From: the human T2T-CHM13v2.0 reference genome, Homo sapiens
Length of the DNA stretch: 64,000 nt
Reading direction: 5' to 3' (one strand)
Assembly: GCF_009914755.1 (NCBI RefSeq)
Contig: NC_060942.1
Shown one piece after another: positions 50,678-64,000 of the stretch. Under the pieces are notes generated by a model. That model was given only the letters and a program-made list of their open reading frames with translations. It did not search any database and was not told the origin of the DNA. The stretch's first letter is position 1. The number at the start of each line of letters is the position of its first letter. The position numbers were made by a program, and so were the translations under genes.

Positions 50678-50900
50678 GTCTCCGCGGCCTCGTTGTCCCA
50701 CGGCCCGGCCACGCGCGCAGGTTTGGTTCCACACGGGCGGTCCAGAGGGCTCGGAACGGGCCCACTGGTGTCTTCGAGAAATCTCTACCAGGCGCGAACA
50801 CGCGGTGGTTTCATTGGGTTGGCTGCCCCTCGGTCCGGGGGCAGCGCCGCGCAGCCACCCGGCAGCCGCGCCCCTAGCCTTCGCGAAGCTGGAAGACAAT
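50678..50900 (-). other. SLC39A6: SLC39A6 non-coding exon 1 (TSS position approximate)
   Basis: Donor GGAGAC|gtgagt at 50678/50677 inside the CpG island. The junction ...GCGGAGAC|GAAGGCGCAATG agrees with the recalled LIV-1 mRNA leader. Confidence 0.8.
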
Positions 50901-51497
50901 CACTAATTACCGCCGCGCGCAGCGCCGCGGGGAACCACCGCCCCCTTCGCCCAGGACTGCAGGGCATGCGCAGTGCGACCCCGGAACCCGGCTCCGCAGA
51001 CGGATCCGCTTTTCCGTGTGTTCGCCGACGCCGCGGGGGCGTGGCGCGGCCCTAGCGCATTGTAAGCAGTTGGGGGTCATTTCCTCGAGGCCCTACTCGC
51101 TAGCCAGCGCCCCCGGGGCCAGCCCTGGCTGCTGCTGGGAGCCGGGTCGTAAGGGGCAGCGAGATGTTTCTGACGCTGCCCCAGGCACATGAGCCCCGGG
51201 TCCTTCGGGAGGGTCCCGAGCCACTCGGGTCGGATTTCGCTCTTGAGACAAAGGCCTGGCTCGTTCGCGGAGCGGGGCCACGGTCCAAGAGCAGAGCTAG
51301 CAAAGCGGCGGCCTTGCACAGGGGTTCCAGCCTGCGGTGGGAACGGAGAGTCTCAGGGGGGCGGGGCTGCCTCCGTCTGGCCCTCGGCTGGCTGCGAAAC
51401 GTGGACTGGGTGATGCCTCAGGAGAAACCACCCTAGTAGTTCCGCTCCGAGGGCGGAAGTGCGCGTCTCTTGTTTGTGCGGCTGACCAGTTGGCGAC

Positions 51498-51635
51498 ATG
51501 GTGGCACCCGTGCTGGAGACTTCTCACGTGTTTTGCTGCCCAAACCGGGTGCGGGGAGTCCTGAACTGGAGCTCTGGGCCCAGAGGACTTCTGGCCTTTG
51601 GCACGTCCTGCTCCGTGGTGCTCTATGACCCCCTG
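51498..51635 (+). CDS. ELP2: ELP2 (Elongator subunit 2, WD40 protein) exon 1 coding part
   Basis: GACATGG Kozak; [46 protein letters not shown]; CTG|gtaag; 138 nt. Confidence 0.96.
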
Positions 51636-52398
51636 GTAAGAGAGGTCGCTGGACGGCCGACCCTTGTGCTTTTCGGGTTGAACCTGTGGACGTGCTCCGG
51701 GCGCGCTGTTAGTTGCCGCCCCAGACCTAGGAGGCGAGTCGGGTCGGCTCAGGGGAGCGGGGTTTGGGCTCGGAGTCTCCAGTGGACCTGCCGGACTCGC
51801 TCCTCACCCCTCACCCTTTGCCGTCTCACGCGTGGCGTCATCCTAGGGTCATTGCTGCCCATGAGCTGCTAGTAACCTGTTAGTCCCACGCAGAAACCCG
51901 AATGATAAGCATCTTACCTGAAGCCTTCCTTGGGAACTGTAGTACCGTTAATCAATTTGGGTTTTAAAACAATTGAAATTTATATGTAGATTAAAACCAT
52001 CATCCCACAGGTGCAATCTCATTTCAGTATTTCCTTCAGTATTGGTTAATGAACTTTTGTTGTATTGAATTTCAAGGAAATGTTACCTGTGTTTTAGCTA
52101 CGGGAATGGACATTTTAGAGAAAGTGTCAGTTTGGGGGAAAGGTCATAGGGGATGGGGATCCTAAGCACTGATTATAAGGCGGGACTTCCCTCGACTTCA
52201 CCCAGTCAGTTGGTTATTTTCTTGGTGCTTTCCTCACCATATTTCTCAAGTGAATAGTTTTTGCATGCTCCCCGGAATTCATTATAACTCCATTCCCAAT
52301 GGCTAAGTTGGTCTATACAGTTAGTCTTGCATCTCAAAAGGAGGCTCAGTGTAAAAAGTAAAATGTTGAAAATTCAAATACAACGCAGGAGATGGCTA

Positions 52399-52746
<348 letters not shown>

Positions 52747-52951
52747 TTATTCTCACACCCTTTGGAGATTCAAATATATATATGAAATATTTGTAACCAC
52801 ATTACCCCATCTTGAGCTTGCTTGCCTCTTCCTGGTTTTTGTTTCTTGTTATTTGCATTCTTGAATGGCAAGAGAAAGTGCAAAAAACAAGGGTAAACTT
52901 TAAAGGGACCATGAGGCAAGGACCGACTGTAGAATGGGAGAGACCACAGCA

Positions 52952-53255
52952 GGCTCTCCATCATCTCCCACAGCGTCTCCTCATCCAGCGCCGTGAGCGC
53001 GGAGCCTTGCGGCATTGCGGCACCGTTCCGCCATGGCTGGGCACTGGGAGGACCCTAAGAGGGGCGGCCATAGGGGTGGAGTTGTCAGGGAAGCAGGAGC
53101 CCGGGAGAGCCAGGGTGACACCCTTTTAAAATCAACTCCGTCGTAAAATTAGCAAGGCACACTCTTTGCCAGTCAACCCACGGTCCTGAGATGTTTACGG
53201 CAGAGGAAGCATCTTGGTAAAGTCTGCAAGGACAAACTTGCCGCTATATCACAGG
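52952..53255 (-). pseudogene. Inverted CARD14-like gene fragment (acceptor + 5' part of first coding exon, frameshifted) in ELP2 intron 1; intron-side boundary uncertain
   Basis: - strand: cccctcttag|GGTCCTCCCAGTGCCCAGCC ATG GCG GAA CGG TGC CGC..., then [17 protein letters not shown], matching the recalled CARD14 N-terminus [25 protein letters not shown]. Confidence 0.75.
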
Positions 53256-54749
53256 ACAAGATCTGCTTTTAAGATGATTATACTCATGCTTTGATGTACT
53301 TAACACACTGAAATGAAATTCTGATTCAGCTGTAGAATCCCATCTTTTTGCAGCAGTTGAATGGATTTGTTTCCATGTATTCCATCAGATTTTAAATGAT
53401 AACCTGGTGGCTGAGCTAGTGAATTTTAGCATATTGACAAAGAAGTGTTGAGCCTAAAAAGTACTTTGTCCTGTTAAATATTTGCTGGTCGGGCTTTTTT
53501 TTTTTTTTTTTTTTTTGGAGTGTAGTGACAGTAACTGCTCAGTGCAACCTGCAACCTCCACCTCCCGAAATCAAGTGATTCTCGTGCCTCAGCCTCCCTA
53601 GTAGCAGGGATTACAGGTGTGCACCCCCACACCTGGCCAATTTTTGTGTTTTTAGTAGAGACAGGTTTTACCACATTGGCCAGGCTGGTCTCCAACTCCT
53701 GGCCTCCTGAAGTGCTGGGATTAAAGGCATGAGCCACCACACCTGGCCTCGATTGGGCTTTTAAGTAAATATGGGAATAAAAGCATTTCAAATGCTAAAA
53801 TAAAGTTTTGGGAATGATGCTCATTCAGCAAATCTTCGACGACCATCTGTGGGCTAGCCCTGGGCTGAGTGATGATGACACAAGGTAATGAGTGATAACG
53901 CGCGTGGCCACCAAGGAATTCTCAGTCTAGTGGGAGAGACAGTGAAGTACAGTAAATTGTTTTCCAGCCTCAAATAACCTATATGTGAAATATATTAGTT
54001 TATGCACATTTGCCTCTTCCTTTTTCTTAGCCATGAGAATTCTAGTTGGCGTATAAGCAGATACAAAGCCATTGCCGTTGACAACAGATAGAGAAAGGGG
54101 CTGTAAAGAGGAAGGTGCAGTAGTCACAGTTAAAATCTTTAATGGTGTGTGAAGTATGAGACCTCCAAGTGTGGGGTGAAGTTGGTGAAAGCAGTCTGTT
54201 GAGGATCTGTGGAGAACCTGGCAATAGGCCCTGCAGGAATCTGATGTGTGAGGACCTTAGTAGTTGTGGCCTTGTGACATTGTGCCACTGGGTCTGAAAA
54301 ACCCACCGTCTCATTGGCCATTGGCATGCAAAGTGAACTGTGCTTGTACCCATTAATCACAGATTCTTCTATTGGAGGGCTTTTTTTTTTTTCTTTTGGT
54401 CAGAGAAACCCTCAGATTGGTGCAAGCATAGTAGGCCTACTTCCACAAGGAAGCAGCTGCTTGTCTAGTTTGGTGTGTCAGGACAGGCTGCCTAGGTGAA
54501 AAGGATGTGGGCACTGTAGGAGAGTGAGCAGAAGCAGGTGGGTGGATGCAGACGCGAGAGCTCAGTGTAATGGGAGGACAGGATGCTGGGAATGTGGAGT
54601 CTCAAGAAAGGCAGGACTGATTTAGAGGAATGGATGACTTAAGCCATGGTTAAAAGTTTATAGATTGAAGAAGGCAAATCTGTTTGATGTAAACCTGATC
54701 TTTTTACTAGCATCGAAAACACTGAAATCTGTTTTTACTTATTTATTAA

Positions 54750-54887
<138 letters not shown>

Positions 54888-55457
54888 TAACCAGATTTTA
54901 AAGTTGATCTCAATTGTTTTCTGATAAAATAAGGTTAGCCATTTTTTTCTCATCACTTCTCTTAATTTAGCATTACCTTATATGATGTTATGCAATTGGA
55001 GAAACAAGAAAAATGGTATTCCCAGTGAAATATCTGAACTGTATTTTTACTTCGTAGCAGTTGAAGCTTGGATTATACAGCAGTGCTTAGGATGAGGGTA
55101 GTGCAGCCCTAGACTTTGGCAGGATCCTGTCCCACCTCCCCAGTTGCCTGTAACCTTTATTAAAAGAACTTGTAAGCAGGGCCTAGACTGAGGCTGTGTT
55201 TTAGAGACTTGGTTTCTTGGTCTGTTTCTGCCATAAACAAGCTATTGGTTTTTCTTTTTATTCTTTTTTCTTTTATTTACTTATTTATTTATTTATTTAT
55301 TTTTTTTTGCCAACTAGTTGGAGACTAGAATGTTTATTTTTTTAAGAGACAGGATCTCTCACTTGTTGCCCAAGCTGGAATGCAGCGGCTCCATCAGAGT
55401 TCTCTGCAATAGCTGGGACCACAAGTGTGTGGCACCACGCCTTTCTAGTTTTTTAGG

Positions 55458-55488
<31 letters not shown>

Positions 55489-57867
55489 GAGATGGAGTCT
55501 CGCTTTGTCACCCAGGCTGGAGTGCAGTGGCAAGATCTCGGCTCACTGCGAGCTCCGCCTCCCGGGTTCACACCATTCTCCTGCCTTGCTCTGTAGCCCA
55601 GGCTTGTCTCGTACTCCTAACCTCAAGCAGTCTTCCCTCTTTAGCCTCCCAAAGTGCTGGGATTACAGGATTAGCTACTGTACCCGGCCAGCTATTGCTT
55701 TTTTAGGCAAGACATTGCATCTCTATTGACCCTAGTTTGCACCTTAATAACATGTGAGAAGTAAGAGATTGGACTAGATCAAGGGTGTCTTAGAGGTTTG
55801 TAAGACCTATGAGATCAAATTATTTTCATAATGATATCAAGAAGTTATTCACAGTATTCATTCTCATTGTCATGAATGTACAGTGTTTTCCAGCAGCCAC
55901 ATGATGTATGATACTGCAGCAGATTAAATACAGAAGCAGATATGAAAATCCAGCTATATTCTAATAAAATCATATGTTAAAGAGATTTGTAGGAATGTAA
56001 AATAGTTCCTCTCTTTCATTAAGTTTTTGTTTTGGAAACCATTGGGGTTTTTCCCCATCAAAATGTTATATATGTTCACACATCATAGAACCCATTGTTA
56101 TTTTTAAGTAAATGGTTAAACACATATTTTTCATATTTCTCAGTTTTAATTTCTAATGTGGTTAATATTGGTACATATGGTTCATATAATCAAAAGCTTT
56201 TTGGGGTCCTCAAAAATTGTAAGACTGTAAAGGAATTCTAAGACCAAAAGTTATGAAAATTTCTGGACAAGATTATCTCCAGGTCTCTTCATCTCTAAGA
56301 TTCTGACTCCAGAATTTTCAGTTAAAATATTAGTTGCCTTTAGATGGTGCTCCCAAAATCCTATGATATTTCTTTAGTTATCTTAAATATATCTACTGTA
56401 GTTTTGATATGGGTTCTGAATTAGTTTTATTTTTCATTACACACTCATTTGAGGGCATTTTGAGCCAGGCACAAATGCAAAATTTTCTGAATTATTAAGA
56501 CTTTGCTATGATTTTATAAATGATGTTTAAAAAAGTTTTAATAAGCTACTTATTTGCTTCTGTAGGATTAGTCACATGTTAGGTCAATAAAAATCATTAA
56601 ATGGTACAAGGGATGCCTGTTAGTATGGATAATAAAACATAATTGCAATTATATTAATTGCCACCAGATAACATCAAAGACTGACTTTCAGTATAGGAGT
56701 TTGTTATAAAATGTTAATTTAGGCTTGTATGTTTTATCTTCCGTTTAAAAGTGAGGTTACATAAAATGGATTGCTTGTGTATTACTGTAATCTATAACTA
56801 TTATGATTGATTTCCTTTCATTGAACTGCCAGATAATGCAGATAGCCTTTCCAACCCTTTATCGGTGATATATAAAATTTTAATATCATTTTGTATTTTT
56901 AATATGTCTGAATTTTAACATTACTTTTATGTATAGACATTCTTAAAATCATATAGTTAGTTAAGTGGCTCAATTGCTGTGACACATGAAGTTGAAGCCC
57001 ATGATCACAGTTGGCTGGCAGCAGAGTTAGGACATGAACCTGGGCCTTCTGAGTTCAAATCTAATGCTCTTTAGTCCAGCTGCTTCCCTGAAACAAATAA
57101 AAAGAAAATCCAAACCCAAATTAGGTTATTTGCCCCTTTTTTGGTACTACTTTTTCTTTTGTTATCACTGAGAAGTTGCAAGTATTTAAAAGATCTATTT
57201 TGAAGTGTGTCTCTAATTTCAACAATAAGTCATATTCTTGGTAGTAGCACCTGACTACAATGTTTCATATAATGTTCCTGCCAAGAGTGTTTAGCCTGCA
57301 TCTAATCATGAGGAAACAATCAAACAGATTGAGGGACATTCTGCAGAACAACTGCTGGGTACTGTCATTGTCACAAAAATGAGGGGGACTAGGAAACTAT
57401 TCTACATTAAAGGAGACTAAAAAGATTTGATATCCAAATGTTGAGTGTATTTCCTTAGATTCTGAATCCCAAACAAAAAAAGTTTTAAAAGGCATTACTG
57501 AGAGAATTGGGACATTTTAATATGGACTGTATATTATATAATAATACTTATCAATGTTAGAATTTTTGAATGTGATAATTGTATTGAGGTAATATAGGAG
57601 AACGTTTTTGTCCTTAGGAGATATATGGTCTTTGAGGATCAGAGATCACAGTGTCTGCCACTTATTTTTAAGTAGTTTGCCTCCTAAAAGGTGTGTGTGT
57701 GTGTATATAGAGGAAGAGTGAGATATTAAGCAAATATGGCAAAATGTTACCAGTTTGTGAATCTAGGTAGAGGGTACAGGGGTATTGTTTTTTGGTGTAG
57801 CTTGGAAATTTTTAAAAATTGCAGAAAAAATGAATAAAGATATTTACTGAGATATAATTTTTTTCAG

Positions 57868-57938
57868 CCCCTTCTACTGAATTAGTTTCTGGAGGATCTG
57901 ATAATCAAGTGATTCACTGGGAAATAGAGGATAATCAG
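57868..57938 (+). CDS. ELP2: ELP2 exon 3 ([23 protein letters not shown])
   Basis: tttcag|CCCCTT ... CAG|gtgag; 71 nt; WD40 SGGSD..V..W motif. Confidence 0.95.
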
Positions 57939-59362
57939 GTGAGTGGACATGTTTATAATCAAGAAATGACTTTTTTTGTTCATTTGTTTTTTAAGAGGTA
58001 GAGTTTCACTCTGTCACCCAGGCTGACGTGCAGTGGTGCGATCGTGGCTCACCTCAGCCTCCTAAGTAGCTGGGACTACAGGTGCCTGACACCATGCCTG
58101 GCTGATTTCTGTTTGTTTGTTTGTTTGTTTTTGTAGAGATGGGGTCTTACTTTGTTGCCCAGGCTGGTCTCAGAAATGACTTTTATATATACTTTTATTT
58201 TAAGTTTTTTTCTTCAACTATGTTGTTCTTTTATGAAGTTAATCTTGCTCATCAGCAACACAAATGCTGTATCTTTTATACTACACAGGCCCTGTACCCT
58301 TTGCTCTGATTTCTACTCCCATATTTGTATGCTGTTAACTGTCTCTGTGAATTTCCTGTCATTTTGGAATAATTTTCAAACTATTCTTACTTGGGCTGAT
58401 CTGTTTTCAATGCTTTTGGCATACGAATATAGATTTACAAGACTCTTCTCAGTGCTACCCCACACTTCTGTCATGTTATGTTTTTAAAAATTCTCTGATT
58501 GAGCTATAACTGCTTAAAGATGTGAAATGAGTATTTTCAATAGATTTAGTTTTTTCAGGGGGTAATGACAGACTTGTTAAAAAAAAAAGGTTATAAATAC
58601 AAAAAGTATAAAGAAGGAAAAACCTATGCAAAATCTGAGCAGAGTTAACTTTCTGGTGAATGTCATTCCCCGTCTCTAGTTATGTGTGTATAATTATGCA
58701 TAATAGAGATTCTATTGTATCCAAGGATTTTTTAAACCTTTTTGAGGTGAGATCTGGCTGTGTTGCCCAGGCTGGAGTGCAGTGGCTGTTCATAGGTAAG
58801 ATGATGGTGCACTATAGCCAAGGACTCCTGGACTCAGGTGATACTCCTACCTCAGCCTCCCAAGTAACTGGGACTGCTGGCACACACCACTGCACCTGGC
58901 TTAAGTGTTTTTTCCAAGAAGTCAAAGGCTAATGATTCTAAAGAAAGTTAGTGTACAGACCCTTATACATGAGTATTATGTGCATCTTCTTTAGTGGCAG
59001 AATTCTGTTTTAAGTATTATAATTGGAAAAACAACTGAAGAGACATTTAAGGAACACCACTATTTCAGCAGACAGTTGATAGAAGATACCTTTTAAAAGA
59101 AGTGGTGGAATGTCACACATTTGAAACTTAAAAAAAGATAAACCCAAAACGTCAGTAGAAGGGATGCCAGAGGGAATAATCTTGATGGCAAGCAGATAGA
59201 TTTGATAAGCCAATGGGATTTCCCACTTCTCTTTGCTATTTTTCTATTTTGCAGCCCTACTTGATTTAGGCAAGTATCATGAGTGGATGCTAAAAGTACT
59301 TAGTAAAAGTTTGATGAGGAATAGAATGTTTATTCAATCCCAAAGTATACTCATATTATCAC

Positions 59363-59393
<31 letters not shown>

Positions 59394-59784
59394 CATCACG
59401 GTGAAAAAACCTGGCAGACAATACTTCTACTAAATATAAAGGTTAGCTTCACTAAAACCTGGACAAACTGAAATGATGTGCCTCCTGATGGGATGTGCTT
59501 ATGTAGTAATGCTGTCAAAATGTATATTCTGAATCTCTTCATAATGAAAATCACACTAATCCAAAAAGAGGAACATTCCACAAAGTTGACCTATATTCTT
59601 CAGAATACCTATTGTCTCCTCAGAGTAGATTCCTAGATATGAGATTGCTGTGTCACAGGGCATGCACATTTTGTGTGTTGTTAACATGGTCAGACAGACT
59701 TCTTGAAAAATTCTTTTCAACTTAGAGGACCTATTTCTGGCTCAGCCATTTTATTGGCACATTTATCCAATTAAATAAAGGTAA

Positions 59785-60039
<255 letters not shown>

Positions 60040-60357
60040 TGAATGACGAGTAGAAGAGCATATATATAATTCTTTACAACTTTGGAGCAACTTTAAAAAT
60101 ACTATAATTCTAATCTAAATTTTTCTTTTGCACTTATTTAAAATTCTCTATACCAAGACTTTTTCATGTAAGTCATTTTGCTGTCTGTAACATCATTAAA
60201 ATTTGGCCATTTAACTTCACATGGTCAGTGGGGGCTCAGGATTGACTTCTCTCATCTCCCTTCTGCTACCTGGGGCTGTGATGATGCTATCCAACCTGTC
60301 TAGTTGGATAAGCTCTGAGGTAGTTAGTTGTTCATTGTGTTTTTTATTATTTCTTAG

Positions 60358-60435
60358 TAATGTGCCTTCAGACTTTAAACTTTGGAAATGGATTTGCTTT
60401 GGCTCTCTGCTTATCTTTTTTGCCAAATACTGATG
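60358..60435 (+). CDS. ELP2: ELP2 exon 5 ([26 protein letters not shown])
   Basis: cttag|TAATG ... GATG|gtgag; 78 nt, phase 1 to 1. Confidence 0.94.
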
Positions 60436-60959
60436 GTGAGTATCCTGTTAAGTATATGTTAAAAGGGCAGTATATTTGCATACTGTCATATGATTAGAAC
60501 CTAAAAGAAATGTATTGGGTCTTAATTTTGTATCTGAATGTTTCTATGAAACAAGATGTGAATAACATACTTTCCTTATAATATTCAAATGATCTGAGTA
60601 TAGAACATAAAGTTAAGGGGGGCTTATTAGGATTTTGATAGCCATTGATAATTTAAATGACTTACTGTGTACCCAAGATTGATACTGTTATCAAATATAC
60701 TGTGGATGTATATAGGTCTAATTTGAGGAAAGAATCTAATTCTTTAGAAGGTGAAGGTCTGGGGTAAGTTGAAAAAGTGTTGAATGAAGATGGCATATGA
60801 GCATTTCTCTCAAAATGATAGCTCCTTCACATCCCGAATAATGACATTTTGCCCAAGACCACTTAAAATCTGCAAACAGAAAAATTTCCCTTTTGCTGTG
60901 AAACCCATCTGTATTTATCTTTGAGTATCTTCTACAAAGATAATAGCCAGTGTGAGTGA

Positions 60960-61235
<276 letters not shown>

Positions 61236-61817
61236 TAAGAAAATCTTTGAAAAACACATTGGTGGCAAGGCATGTCCTTAGAAAAAGTCTCTTATCTAGC
61301 AGAGTCATCAGGGCTGCCCTTTGGTAATGCAAATTATTAATGATTTTTTATCTTATTAAAATAATTTTACAGTCACATCTTTCATAGCTTTTTAAAATTT
61401 TAAAATTTAAAATTTATTTATTTATTTTTTAGAGACAAAGTCTCATTCTGTCACTCAGGCTGGAGTGCAGTGGTGATCATAGCTCACTGCAGCCTCAAAC
61501 TCCTGGGCTCAGGTGATTTTCCCACCTCAGCCAAGTGGCTGGGACTACAAGCATGCTCCACCACGCCCAGCTAATTTTTTTATTCTTGTAGAGACAAGGT
61601 CTGTTTATGTTGCCCAGGCTGGTCTTGGACTCCTGGCTTCAAGTGGTTCTCCTGTCTCGGCCTCCCAAAGTGCTGGGATCACAGATGTGAGCCACTGCGT
61701 CTGGATCCCCTTGCGTAGCTTTGTAAATTTTTTATTTTATTTTTTTGACACAGGGTCTCATTCTGTTGCCCAGGCTGGAGTGCAGTGGCGCCATCACAGC
61801 TCACCTCAGCCTCCTGA

Positions 61818-62033
<216 letters not shown>

Positions 62034-62699
62034 TGAGTAACTGGGATTATAGGCATATGCCACCACGCCCAGATAATTTTTGTATTTTTAGTAGAGACAA
62101 GGTTTTGTCATGTTGGCCAGGCTGGTCTCAAATTCCTGACCTCAGGTGATCTGCCCACCTCAGCCTCCCAAAGGATAACGCCCTAGGATTACAGGCATGA
62201 GCCACCACACCCAGCCTTTTATTTTGTTTTAAACAAAATAAAACATAAGGTTTTCAAACAAAACATAAAGTCCTCAAATTAACAAACATACCCTTAAATC
62301 TGTGTGCATTAGCCATGTTGGTAGGGCTCATAGTAGCTGTTCATTATTTAGTTGTCTTAACAACTTTTCATCTTGGTCTTTGGGCTGACATGGTGAAAAT
62401 GCTCTCTAGTTGCTCTTGAGCTTATTTTTCACTTCTATCATAAATGTCATAGAATGGAGAGAAGGACTGGATTCTCATTTAATAGTCATTATATTTACCA
62501 AGTAACCACTGAATAGAACGTTTTAGAGTGTTCATTGTATTCCTGCAGACATTTATTGAGCATTTTCAATTATTCGTGTAGTGGTGTGGGAAATTGAAGT
62601 CAGGATTCTTTACTTAGAGCTTACAATCCAGTACAGTTGATAAATCATAACGTGGTGGAATAGAGAACTCACAGTGAAGCCTGTTTTTTCTTCCCCCAG

Positions 62700-62764
62700 T
62701 ACCAATATTAGCATGTGGCAATGATGATTGCAGAATTCACATATTTGCTCAACAAAATGATCAG
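62700..62764 (+). CDS. ELP2: ELP2 exon 6 ([22 protein letters not shown])
   Basis: cccccag|TACCA ... CAG|gtaat; 65 nt, phase 1 to 0. Confidence 0.95.
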
Positions 62765-63843
62765 GTAATAATGTTTATATTAAGAGGCTGGAATTATATT
62801 CTGCTTAGTTATATCTCAATACAGACTATATCCAGATTATAGAATTTTAGGGAATGTTCTAATCTAAACCAAAATAATCCAATAGAATCTTTTTTTGACA
62901 GTCCTCTGTTAAGATGGTTGTCTATTCTGAACACCAAGTAACCGCTGCCTTGACCATCAGGCTCAGAGTTGTTAGGGGGAAACAGGTCATTAGGTGGGGG
63001 AGGAGAGATGGAAGATGCTGTGGTAGTTGTTTTTCTCTTAAAGATTTAAACGAGATATAACATACCTACAGTGAAGCATTCCTAGTAGTGTTTATTTGCC
63101 CTTCTGAGCTTTACTTAGATTTTGAGTGGTTAAACTAAAGGAGAGAAATTTAGAAAGGGGTTGGTTAACTCTAAACTCATTTATTTAATAGGATACTCAT
63201 TTCTTTGCATTCTATAAGAAGGTTAAAAATGGTTGTGAAAGTCCAGCTATTCAACTTTTTTTTTTTTTTTTTTGAGACAGAGTCTTGTTCTGTCTCCTAG
63301 GCTGGTGCAGTGGTGAGAACATGCGTCACTGTAGTCTTGACTTCCTGGGGTGAAGCAATCCTCCTGCCTCAGCCTCCTGTGTAGTTGAGACCACAGGCGT
63401 GTATCACCATGCCTGACTACTTTTTAAATTTTTTGTAGACACAGGGTCTCACTTTATTGCCCCGGCTGGTCTCAGTTTCCTGGCCTCAAGTGATAGTCCC
63501 ACCTCCTCAGCCTCGCAAGGTATTAGGATTATAGGTGTGAGCCACTGCCCAACCCACCTTTTTTTCTATATTATATGTATAGTATGTATCATTTTATATC
63601 TTAAACATTTAAAATATTTGAGATTACAAATATTATATTATCTACTCAGAGGTGCTCCAGTTAGTGATTTAGATATTACGTGATGGGTTTTTCATTCCCA
63701 AAGGAATGCTTTTTCTTGTCTAATCAAATAGTGTTCTCAGTAAAAGAGCAACGCAGTAGGACTGTCTGAGACCAAATGATGTCACTGGTATACATGAAGA
63801 TGTTAAATTCTTACATCAAGCCCAATGATTTTTATCTTACTAG

Positions 63844-63999
<156 letters not shown>

Positions 64000-64000
64000 T

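Larger units (their letters stand above)
50480..51900. promoter_or_regulatory. CpG island / bidirectional promoter of SLC39A6 (-) and ELP2 (+)
   Basis: Dense CpG and high GC between divergent first exons. NRF1-like GCATGCGCA at 50964-50972, ETS/GABP-like GCGGAAGTG at 51453-51461. No obvious TATA box. Confidence 0.9.

Noticed and set aside
50490-51527. Multiple Arg/Gly/Pro-rich ORFs in the promoter
   Set aside because: Expected by chance in a CpG island.
59015-59260. Exon-like purine-rich stretch and strong cryptic acceptor (ttttgcag) in ELP2 intron 3
   Set aside because: In-frame stops, no matching donor identified, and the adjacent sequence resembles an old L1M remnant.

Overview
Primate (almost certainly human) genomic DNA from the SLC39A6/ELP2 locus (18q12.2 by established knowledge). 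Bases 1-30 kb are intergenic and almost entirely transposon-derived. They hold the 5' end of an SVA, a Tigger3-type DNA transposon split by a full-length L1PB-type LINE (itself carrying three Alus and a 1.6-kb MER52-type solo LTR), further solo LTRs, old L1/L2 pieces and many Alus. On the minus strand, ~30.1-50.9 kb, is the complete 10-exon SLC39A6 (ZIP6/LIV-1) zinc transporter gene. Its nine coding exons, assembled by GT-AG boundaries, total 2268 nt (755 aa + stop) with consistent phases. A CpG island at ~50.5-51.9 kb is a head-to-head promoter shared with ELP2 (plus strand), whose first seven coding exons plus a 195-nt cassette exon are in the window. The most unexpected item is an apparently unspliced, inverted fragment of the CARD14 first coding exon with its upstream acceptor in ELP2 intron 1. 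Others are a ~1-kb TSD-flanked L1 whose 5'UTR is fused directly to the end of ORF2, a ~165-bp diverged direct duplication in SLC39A6 intron 5, an intronic polyadenylation route truncating ZIP6 and a strong intronic CTCF motif. I do not see a new multi-gene system. Gene, protein and repeat-family identifications are by recall, not database search.
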